Source of the DNA: Lytechinus pictus
Lineage: Eukaryota
Reading direction: 5' to 3'
Length of the DNA stretch: 64,000 bases
Assembly: GCF_037042905.1 (NCBI RefSeq)
Contig: NC_087247.1
Location: forward strand, 62,248,001-62,312,000
The translations under genes and the position numbers were made by a program. This document shows, in pieces, positions 40,001 to 52,000 of the stretch (positions within the stretch are counted from its first letter, which is position 1; each line of letters starts with the position of its first letter). Below the pieces are notes generated by a model. The model saw nothing but the letters and a program-made list of their open reading frames with translations. It did not search any database and had not been told where the DNA came from.

Positions 40001-43000
40001 TTAAATTATACACAAACTGGTTTTGTAGAAAATGGGAATCTGATGTGGGGAAGGGTACAAGCAGAGCTGCCAAGGTGTATTTTGCATTTTCAGTATTCTT
40101 ATCCCCCAAAATCAGTATTTTGACCAAAAAATCAATATTTTTACCGTGTGAGATAAATATTTTGTATTTTTCCCCAAAAAAGTGTATTTCATAATAAAAT
40201 GCTTGGCGCACTCGCCCATCACGGCGCTCAAGCTGCATGCAAGCTAAAATGCGCACTGCTCTTGCAGATGAAAAAAAAAAACCATTGAAACTTGTGTATA
40301 TCTCACCCTGGTTTTTACAAAATGATTGAAAAAAAAAACAAGTTACCTTAAATTACATTGATCTAATAACCATATTTGTGTACATTTTATGTAATAGAGA
40401 CATAATATAGAGATGATTTTTCTCAATAAATTACGATTTTGTATAAAAAAAAAAAAAAAAAAGATTTTTTAAAGAAAAAACGTACTGCCGTATTTTGGTT
40501 GCAAAAACGTACTAAATACGGCTAAAACGTACTGGTTGGCAGGTCTGTAAAAGTCATTTCCTTAAAAGTTAGAGAATATAAAGACCCATTTTGAATATTC
40601 CCCTAGGATGTCATTTATTTTATCTAATGAAATGGTGGATTCCATTCATCTTCTCTGATAGAAAATTGAATTCTGATGTGTCTAGACACTAAGATTCAGA
40701 ATAGAAGTTGGCTGGAATATAAGTTTCACTTTCCATGTTTATCTCTAAATATTTTAGGGTAAATTTTGGCAGAATGATAAAAAAAAATGGTCTGGGGTTG
40801 GAAGAATCCAAAGAAATATGTGCAAAAATAGCACTTTCTTCAACATCATAAAAGCAAAGCTGCTGTCAGCTGGCAAGACTGATTGAATGCAATGGCTCTA
40901 GGGTAATAATCTGTAAATGCTTGGATAATTTAAGTTCCTTACAAATCTTCAGATGGTGATGATGATTATCATCATTACAATCATCATTCTCATTATCATG
41001 GTTATTAGCCTTATAAACACTGTCATCATCATTGTCTTCATCACTATCATCAGCATCATTATCATTCAAGGAACATATTTTATAAAACTTTATAAATATT
41101 TAGAGTAGCTACGAAATTCTAATTTACAACTGTTTTCTAGTTAATTCTATAATTCAATTAGTAGTCCTGACTTATACTTTTATTACAGAGTACATAAATA
41201 CATGCGTGGTTATTTTTTTCAGGAATCTTATTCGTTAATAAGTATATTACTTCATAGAGCAGAGACATCTAAAAATTCAAAACTTAAATTTCATTGTATT
41301 CAGATATTTAAGTAATATTTGAATAATGCTGATTCACTTTTTTTTTAAATGACCCTACACAATTGCTGACAGGAAAACATAGTCATAGGGGCTCCTTTAA
41401 GAGAGCCTCTATAATCTTAGCAGGTAAATGGGTGGAGTAGAGAGAACCAGAGTGACCCTAACAGCATGATATCATGAAAAACACTGTGATCATACCAAGT
41501 TCAAATTTCATCATTATCCTATTTTAGAAATGAAGTTTCATATTAGAAATCATCACTGATTTAAACTTTTTTAGATTTCAGCTATATGCAAGGGTCTCAA
41601 AGTACAATTTTGTTGTAGAACTTGCTTTATCAATTAATGTCACCAAAACAATGTGATATACAGGTTCTGTACTGACACATTATTACATTTTTCCCCCTAA
41701 TCTCTTATTCAATTTACATAGTTGTTACCTACAATTCCATAACCTACAGTAAAACAAACTTTCCATACAATATGGTTCAATATTTTGGAATTTTTCAAAA
41801 TCCCTGCCATTACTTTTGAAGTTTTCTCTGTGGATTATAAAGGAAATTTGTTCGGATTATTATTATTATTAAATTAAAGTATACCAGTTATTTGACTCCT
41901 CATCTTCTGATATTACAAAGATCAAAATGTAATAGCATACTGATTCATAGAATAAGCTAAATTTATTTTTTCACAAATAAATCTCAATTTCAAAAATGTT
42001 TTTGACTTAAAAATATCCATGAAAACCTAAGAACTGGCAATTCCTGGGGTGTATTCTGGAACACTGTCAGAACTTTTGTCATAAATTTTGTCATTTCTCT
42101 CCGAGATGTGACACCGCTATGATTGTCATAAATCGGTATTCTGAACATTGTCTTTTCCCCGTCATATCTCTCAAAGTTCCCGCCCATCTTTTTGGAAGCA
42201 AACCAATCAAAATCATCGTTAGTTCCCAGTGGGAGCCCTTCTAGCCAATAGGAAGGCCCTGTGGCAGGTAGGGCGTATCCCCAAAACAGTTGCTGGCATC
42301 GCCCAACTACGCGTGTATTGATGCGCTTAATTACAAAGAGAGACAGGAAGCTTTGAGGGATTTTAGAGGAGAATTAGAAAAAGAAGGAAAACAGAGAAAA
42401 AAAGGAGGAATAAATATGTAGGGCCTAACTAATTGTAGCATGAAAAGATAATTTTGAAAATTGTCATGGATGATGAGTGAAACTAATACCACAATATTAT
42501 CTAAATAATATCATTATTTGCTTAACATTTAGTCGGCAGGGTATCAGGATATTTGGTACTTAAAGATATGACAAAATGACTGCTACCCCCCTGTCATAAC
42601 TTTTGTCATATCTTTTGCTTGTATAAAAGGATTACGGGCATTTAAAACCGCGTATTTTTGGAGTGCGCTAAAGAGAAGAGACGAAATTTATGACAATTTT
42701 TGTGACAAAAGTTATGACATCCACCAGAATACCGATTTTGTCATATCTCTGACAAAACATAAAATATGGAGAAAAGACAATGTTCAGAATACGGCCCCTG
42801 AATTCAAGAAGCGGAAATGTTGAAAGATATAGGTGCAATTTCAACTGATCTGCAATTCTTATCCTACAATATCTTGTTCAATGAGAATTAAGCTTTGTCA
42901 TATTCATTGTACAATAATGAAACACTACAGTCCAGTTTATTGTTCTCAGTCGCAGTGAACAATAGGTGGTTTCAAACCGCCTCGATCACAAGAATCCCCG

Positions 43001-46000
43001 TTAAATTACGAGAACATTTACATGCTCAAAAATACCAGATAATTATTCCCACATTCAGACCGCCCCGAAACACACTCTTTGGGGAAATTTCTCGAAGTTA
43101 TGAGCATGCGCAGTACTGTCTGGTAGCAGACGAAGAAGCGCGCGCTTTTAGCGGTACGATCGGGGGACGGCCGGGGAGGGAAATCCACCTGCGGCCGGCC
43201 TAGCTCTAGCATGTACAAACTATACTCGATCGTATGCGCAAATCATTTGTTCCCTTGATCATCTGCAATTGCACTAGATTTCTCTCCACATTGAAATTAA
43301 GGCCTTGGTGGCCTCCTCACTCCAGTGCAATGTCATCTGGTATGAAAATTTAGAATACCGGTAAATATCACCCTTAATTCGTAAAACTATCTTTTTAAGA
43401 AGAAGAATCAACCGCCTAGTCAAAGTCGAACCCCGAGTCACGTCGCATGAAAAGTGTACGTATGTTATCGCTGCATGCACTGGAGCTGGCTTGCTCGCTC
43501 GGTAGGCCTCGCATATCCGTGCATATCGAACAGCGCGGGCTATGAACCGGAAATTCACTTATCGCGGTGATCGATGGGATACAAGTTCCCGTAGTTTGTT
43601 TTCAGATTGCCAAAATACCCACGACCTTGGAAAAATCCCCGCGAAAGTTCTCGTAATTTCACCAAGTACCTACTATTTAGCGGGTATTTTCTTTCGGGGA
43701 TACTACGCGTAGTTTGCTTTCACATTACCAAAATACCTGGTATTTTCTGATCGGGGTAAATTTCCCGATCAGAGAATACCTGGAACTGACGAACTTCGAG
43801 GCGGTCTGAAACCACCTATGGATGCATATATGATTTATTGGGTGGGGTAAGCAAACAGTTACTTCCAAACAGATATTCAAGACTGACAGTTTGTTGGAGA
43901 TGTTAATTGCATTATAATACATCATCAATTGTTTGATTGTAAAAGAAGGATGGAGATAAATGAATATCATGCTTTGTTTGCAAGATAATACAAGCCTCAC
44001 CCATTGTAATATCAAATGTAACAGGAGATGTACTTGTGTATACTTTGAATGGCACATAAACAGTTTTGTGATATCATAATGAACACAAATGTCACATAAA
44101 ATAAGTTTTGCAAATGAATGCTTTGGCTATTTCTTTTTCATCTTACACTTGCACATTTATATTTCAAAGTGACATAGGAATATCACTGTCTTTTCATTCA
44201 GCACCCATTTGTTTTACTTTGTCACTTTCATGAAAGTCAATTCAAAATTAATTGGTGCATGATGCATGAATGAATGAAATCTATGCTGTAATTATGATAA
44301 TTTAATAATAATAATTCAGAATTTATATTCATTAGTGCCTATTTAAAATTTCTCTAAGCACTTCACATTTTACAACCTAACTTCTTACCGTAACTAACTT
44401 GAAAACATAACTCAGCTAACTTCCTTAGTTAGATAATTCTACTACTTGTACTATGGACAAATTACATGTAGCTGTGAAAATAATATAATGCTACTTAAAG
44501 TTATTATAGTGCAAAATGTAATCCTATTGTGAAGACACACATTCAAAGATTTACAACTCTTTTGGCATGAATTAATTTCTTGCTGTCATACTCTGAAAAG
44601 CCTTCTACCTTAAAAAATAACACAAAAAATACCAACCCTACACCACATACCCAATAGGAAAACCTACACAACATCCTTGTCAAATGTAAAGCACTCAACA
44701 GAAACTCTAACCCTAAATTATAATCAACCCATTATTATTGACAAAAATCTACATATATTTGGTAGGTTCTCAACAGTATCTGACAGAGTAATGTATTTTT
44801 ACTTCTCTATTTGTATAATTTTATGAAATTATTACAGAATGAGCACTGTTTTATTAGCATTAATTCATTCTGCCAAGGGGGTAGGGGGTAATCATAATAG
44901 GACTGAAAGGATTTCAAACTTGTTAAGCAATTGTCTACTAGAACTGACTGATCCCAGATACAAATCAAATGAGAAATAATTCAGTTATCAAATACTTACA
45001 TATGTGGAGGTAGCTCATATAGATTCATGCCTCTGTATTCCATAATCTTCTCCATTGTATAGAGTGGTAGCTTGGTGTATGGATTGACTGAGACCACGAC
45101 ATTGCCAATGTATGTCTGCAATAACACAATAAAAAAAATCTCCCACTTTAGATTTCTCTCAGGTAAATGTAGAGTGAACTTCGTCTTTAAGATTAGCAAA
45201 ATTTTGCTTTTTTTTTCTTTGTTCAATACAGATTTACTGTTAAAATGAGAGTGGGTAATTTGCTTAACTGTTTTATCACTTAGACGGTTTAAAAATAAAA
45301 TTGACACCATCAAAGGACATTAACAAATAGATTAGCACATTATCTAATTTAATTCAAATTATTGCACCCTTCTCTTTTCTATGGTTAGCATGCTGAAGTA
45401 ATTCCATAATTCAATAAAACAATTTGTTAACAAATTTTCGGCATTACTCCTATTTGTTTAAGATCAGTATGCTCGATCTGTAAATGAAAATCATAAGATC
45501 AGTATGCTCGATCTGTAATGAAAATCATATGATCATAAGTCAGAAAAAATTGGAACCAGTGGGATTCGAACCTGCCATCTACTGCTTTTTGAATTCCAGT
45601 TCATCGTGGCTTAGCCGTGAACCAGAATAGCCTGGTGGTTGAGTCGCTGCCGGGAAAGCAGTAGATGGCAGGTTCGAATCCCACTGGTTCCAATTTTTTT
45701 CTGACTTATGATCATATGATTTTCATTACAGATCGAGCATACTGATCTTATGATTTTCATTTACAGATCGAGCATACTGATCTTAAACAAATAGGAGTAA
45801 TGCCGAAAATTTGTTAACAAATTATAATTTCCTCCTATAAAAGCCCCTTAATTTACTATCTATTGTCCACGGCGGACGGTATTTGAATATTAATGAGTCA
45901 GAAAGAAGAGGATCGAGGGTATTTGAATTCCAGTTCATCGTGGCTTAGCCGTGAACCAGAATAGCCTGGTGGTTGAGTCGCTGCCTGGAAAGCAGTAGAT

Positions 46001-49000
46001 GGCAGGTTCGAATCCCACTGGTTCCAATTTTTTCTGACTTATGATCATATGATTTTCATTACAGATCGAGCATACTGATCTTATGATTTTCATTTACAGA
46101 TCGAGCATACTGATCTTAAACAAATAGGAGTAATGCCGAAAATTTGTTAACAAATTATAATTTCCTCCTATAAAAGCCCCTTAATTTACTATCAATAAAA
46201 CAACCTGTAAAAGAATTACATGATAAGTTTGTCTTCTACAAAGTACACTTTCCAATTAATACTAAAATAGAAGTGGGGTAGGCCTACATGTATACTACCA
46301 GCAAAACAAACATCCATTTTTGTTTTCTCTTCATCATCACATGGTTTTTACAATATGGGCCAAAGGGTCATTATCTCTATTAAAAGCATTGCATGAACTA
46401 TGAAAAGTGTACACATTTGAGATGCAATTTGCTCATAAACATTGTACACAAGCACAGTCTATTGCGATCATTAATGACATTACAAACAAAAAGACAAGAA
46501 ACAAAAATATATCATAGAGGCCTTATGGTAACTAGTCAATGGTATATTAATTAAAAAAATTACTGTATTTTACTGTTACACATATAAATTCTATTCCTCC
46601 AGCATTTTTTTTTCGGGGGGGGGGGGTTATAGGATTTTTTAATAGTAAATCATTTTTACAAACCCATTCATTCTATACTAATCTTGGTGTTACATACAGT
46701 CAGACAATAGGCCTACAAGCAATCTCAATGAGCTTGTTTGGAGAATCAATGTTACTTAACAAGTCAATGTCCATTCTGGGAGGTGGTTTTAACAGACTGG
46801 TAAAATACACACAAAAGGAGTGGCATTTATTGGAAATCAATAAAGTCTGTGGTTTACTGCATTTTAATTGACATCTGGTCCAGTATTCATAGACAGGATA
46901 GGGAAATATAATAAGGTTTTCAAACTTCTTTATTCTTTAGGGATACAGGTTCAATTTATTTCTAGGAAGTATACTGTATATTCTGGCAAAATGACATTAT
47001 TTTAGATGAAATATTCAAAGTTACATGTATCATTTTACAATTAAAATTCAATATATATGCATTTTCAAGGAAGAATTCCTCAATTTCAGCTTCAGTACAC
47101 TGTACACAAATCCATCTTTTATTTAAACTTATAAAGGACTATAACTAAAACTTTGTTAATTCAAAGGAAGAAAAATAAAGCAGAATTTGAATAAATGTTA
47201 TATATTTTTGCAACACAGACTTGAAGACCCAACAGGTGAGCCATGGAAAAATGTTGATTGATTTTATCAGTAATATTAATAATAATGTATATTGATTACT
47301 TGATTAGAGCATCCCCCTTCCTTCTTTCTTTTTTCTCATATCTCCCCACTCGCCCTACTGGTAACTTTCAATATATCAAAATTTAATTCACTCTCTTGAA
47401 TTTTTGAGAGAACATAATACTTTGAGGGCAATTGCATTATTAATTCATAGGCCATGGCCATCAAACTATTACAATATGTATGGAATGGATTCTAGGCCAT
47501 GGCCATCAAACTATTACAATATGTATGGAATGGATTCAATGGAATGGATTCACTGGAAAGTTGAGATCATAAATGTTGTATGAGCTGATTTTGATCAGGT
47601 AAAACCAGTTTTAGTAGCTCACTAAGAGGCTGTTCTCATTACGCTTTCTAAAACTAGTTTACTGGAAACCGATTCAGGAAACCACTTTGGAAGATCGCTT
47701 TGCTAGCGTTCCCTCTTGTTGCTATGGAAACGCTCTCAGTGGGGTGACACGTTTCGCGCGAAATTCGAAACCGCAGCATAGGCATTCTACACCTGTCGTG
47801 TGGAGTAGCGCGCTCAAAATGTGCGAAGATCGCTTCCCGAAGAACGGTTGTGTCCTCACTTACGCTAAAACCAGTTTAACGAGGCAAAGCGATCTTGAAA
47901 ACTACATCGCGAGGTGGTTTTCCAAACTGGTTTGGAAGATCGCTTCCAAGACCGCTTCGACCGTTCTCACTACGCGTTAAACTAGTTTCCACTAAACTAG
48001 TTTCCAGTAAACTAGTTTTAGGAACGTAGTGAGAACAGCCTCTAAAAGCTGATGTGACAGCTTACTTAACATCAGTTGATGGGATGAAGTAACTTGTTAT
48101 AAATAGAAAAGCTTTGGATGATGTGTCAGTCCCACCCACTGACGTGATTCTTGCTTAATTCCAGGTGACAAGAAACCTCAGTATGGTATGATATGTTGTC
48201 TTTAATACTTCCAGGTTAATAGGGCACAAATGACTTGTAACCATCCATTTGTGTAAAAGATATAAAAAAAATATTTTAATCTTAACAGCAGGGCTCTGCT
48301 TTATTTGAAGACTTATCAATATCATCATCATGTTCACTGCATGAGAAAACAATTTTCATTCCCTCTTTCATATAATTTTATGGAAGACAAGAATATTATA
48401 AAATCAAATTATTGTAAAATCAATGTGTCGTTACATGGAATCAACTTGACTCGGTATCATAAATTTCTTTAAGAATTTCTTTCATTATGAAATCAAAACT
48501 AGACAAAGAAAATTTGACCATTCTCATTCAAATATATTTCAGGCAGTATTCTTATTGATTGATACATAGCCTACTGGTTTATATTGACCTAAGCTGTGAA
48601 AAATGGTTATCCTGAGTGGAAGCTAATTTAGCAGTTATAGCTGAATGAACTCACTCACTATCTGCAATCAATAATCAGTCCTCCATCTAAAATGTTAATC
48701 AAGTGACCCCTTCTTCTATTGAAAGGAAAGGTCATTGAATGGCAGTCTACAAAATATATCATTTCAAGCAATTCTTTATATCTTGTATTCTATTTAAATG
48801 CCATGAAATAAAAAACAAAAATGACATTATTTTTGTTTGAGTATTAAAGGTTCATCATTTGTACTAACAAACAATTGTCTCTTCTGCTCCTTACATAATT
48901 ACATGTTGTGTCCTAACAGTTTTTAAGCAAACATTCTTTGATGTAAATGGCTACTATTTAAGGTAGACAATAAGGACAGTAGTTTCTGCTATACTGGCCT

Positions 49001-52000
49001 CAGTCTGAACCTAGGAAGGATATTAGCCATTGTCTAATTACTCTGAGCATCCATGACAGATCGTCAATGAACAACTTCCGGTCATCAATGTCTTCATACC
49101 TCTAGTCTCCATTAACTTTCTCAAAGACAATCTCACATATTTCCGCTTGTTACAAATTCTTACAATACAGGCAAAATAAACTGTAAATCCAATAAAAAAA
49201 TATCACATTTTCATGCATGATCTTTAATCATCTAGGCAGTGTTGCCAAATGTAGACATTTTTGTTTGCTTTGTTCAAACACTTGGGAAAACAAACATTCC
49301 ATCACTGTTTGAACTCCAATAAAAATGACAGGAAACATGTAGGCCTGCAATGTCCAGTCAACTGCAAACACAATTTATGTTTCAATAAACGAGCAATAAA
49401 CTTGCTTTCAAAATATTTTACAGGAAGGCGTACTGGTCAACTTTTAAAAAATTCTAAAAGGTAAAAAATACTTTATCTGCAAAATAATACAAAACAGTCA
49501 GACCGCAGCTCGCGCGATAATGAGCATATTCACGGAAATTTATTCAGCGGCCCTCTAGCGGTCTCCGAAGGAAAACGTGCGATCAATTTGGCTTGATTTT
49601 CCCCACTGAATTGGAGGGGCTGAAGTTATAGCTCTGTACTGGTCGCTAACTTCAGTTTACGTCGAAACGAATTGTGGTAAGTTATTCTCAAGACCTTCAT
49701 CTACAGTTTGGTATATAATTTTCCATATTTCGACATTTTCAACCTACCATTTTTACCTCTTTAATTGATGCTTATTTTAGTAATATTTTAACTGCGATTT
49801 TGTAGTCGGAATTTCACTTTTGGTTCCTGACTTTGCTACATAACCAAATTGTTTCGATCAGGATTTTTTAGAAAGAAGAAAAGTCACTGTTCAAAATATG
49901 TCAGAACCAACTTGACGCAAACTCACCTTATATTTTTATTTTAGAGAAAATGATACCCTAAAAATCGAGAAATTTACGTTTTACCCGAAAGTAACCTTCT
50001 CGTTCACTCCACGATGGCGCGAAATAATGCCAAAATTACGTTCGTCGCGGGTTGGTAGAATTTCGTCTTTGGTCCCATACGTTGAAACTTCTGTAATGAT
50101 GGCAGATGGCTCGCATTATATGTGTCTGTGCCTGTGGACGGTGGACTTTTTTTTTTTTAATTAAGACTCAATATAAACGAAGCTTAATAAGTAGATCCCT
50201 TCTAAAGTTTTATTCAATGATTATCAGGTTTCCGAATTCCATCAAGTTTTTATTATAGATTGAGATATTTCTTGATTTATGTTGAAAATTGTTAACCTTT
50301 TTTCTTAATTAGTCGAAGTTGAGCCACATGATGATTTTTGCCCCAGCCCAGGCTGCGGTTAAGAATTAAATGATGATTAGCTCAGACAGTCTACTCTAGA
50401 GACTATAAACAGTTTAAAGACAAACTAAAAAGTCTGGTACTACCGTACTCAGTAGTATTTATAAACCATTTTGTTCAAATAAAAAAATTGTGGCTGTCAC
50501 AGACAGTAGTCCTACTTAGACTTAACTTAGTTAGTCTCTTAATTGACGTACATGTAACATAATTCATACTTTGAATGGTTATTTAGTAATTTAGACTATT
50601 TCTCTCTTTTTTTTGTCTCTTCTACACACAGATCTGCATACTTGCTGACTCTGGTCTCTGCTTGCTACTTCATTCTGGGAGAGTCCATCATGTACTATAA
50701 TGGTCAGACCATGATTTCGACAAAGGCCAAGCCCTTATTTCGTTTGCAAATTTTGGACTGATACAACAGAAAATTTATCTTTATCGATATTGGAAACAAC
50801 AAGATTAGAGCACAGTTTTGGGGAGGACTAAGAATACTGACTTGGACAGGAATACAGCTTGACAAAAATAAAAATTCACAATTCAAAACCAAAGAACATT
50901 TTTAATGTTACTAATAGTGCATTGCAAGAAACTTTCTACTCAATCACACATTCCAAAATTAAGGGTAAGTCCTTTGATTAAACACAAACATGTAGTTGAT
51001 TTGCAATTGAAATTGAACATAAGTTTCTTGCAATGCCCCATAATCATATTTTGTTCTCAAGCAACTCTGTTATATGTTATCTAATGTGCTGAAGGTTAAG
51101 TGCCATGTATGTTCACAATTTTTTTTTTCGAAGGTATAATATATTTGTCCTTTTAAACGGTATTTGAATGTGGTTACGCCTTGTTTTTGTTTTCCACAGT
51201 AATTATTGCATATATGAACAGAAGTGAAATATTTGTTGTGAAGCACTGTATGAATGTTGTGTGATCATGGAGCTATGGTGTGATGGTATTATAATTAATT
51301 CATCATTTTTGTTATAAGACTGTAAACCTGGTGGATGTGAGAGAGTGGCCTGGATGAAAGGAAAGTGAGCATGTGTCCAATTACGGATTTGCATATGTTT
51401 AGACAATTTTGTTCGTGGATAAATATTAATGTGCATTCCCTATTCCAAGCAAAGAGTAAAGGAGAAGTCCACCCCACCAAAAAATTAATTTGAATTTAAA
51501 GAAAAATAAAGTATTGCAGAAAATTTCATAAAAACTATGATTCAAAATTTAAAAAATTACTATTTTGACATTGAGAAATTTGCCTAATTTTATAAAACAA
51601 TTATATGCTCATCTTGGTCAATGTGCAAATTACAGACCCGATTATGTCACAAGCACTCTAATTTCTTGTGTATTTTTTTGTTTGATACATGTACATGACA
51701 TGTATATTTTATTTTAATTTTCATTAACAAATTTTGAGAGGGATTTTAATTCCTCCATTAACATTCGTAGTTTCCATAAATGTAACATATTGTGATTCGA
51801 GGAAGATTTTTTAGATCAAATTTGCTAAAATTTATATAATAAAAATGCAACAAAAATTTAAAAAGTAATGTGATGTGAGTGACATAATCAACTCTATTTG
51901 CATACCATTGTTTTGTGTATATAACTGTTTTGTGTTAAAAAAGGGAAATTTCTGTATTTATTCAAATAATTTTTTGTTGATGTGCACTTGACCTTTAACT

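Noticed and set aside
40866-41069. Asp/Asn/His-rich ORF
   Set aside because: Translation of a degenerate (ATC)n microsatellite.
45619-46026. Functional tRNA genes (loop would read anticodon GGA)
   Set aside because: D and T stems pair poorly, the copies differ in the loop, and they sit inside a TSD-flanked repeat; treated as tRNA-derived.
50391-50453. Second possible P-like footprint (AGAGACTATA...AAGTCTG)
   Set aside because: Arms and putative TSD are too degenerate to call.
50642-50757. Possible 116-nt cassette exon in myosin intron 1 (CAG acceptor, GTATGC donor)
   Set aside because: Stops in all three frames and a weak donor; cannot be supported without RNA data.
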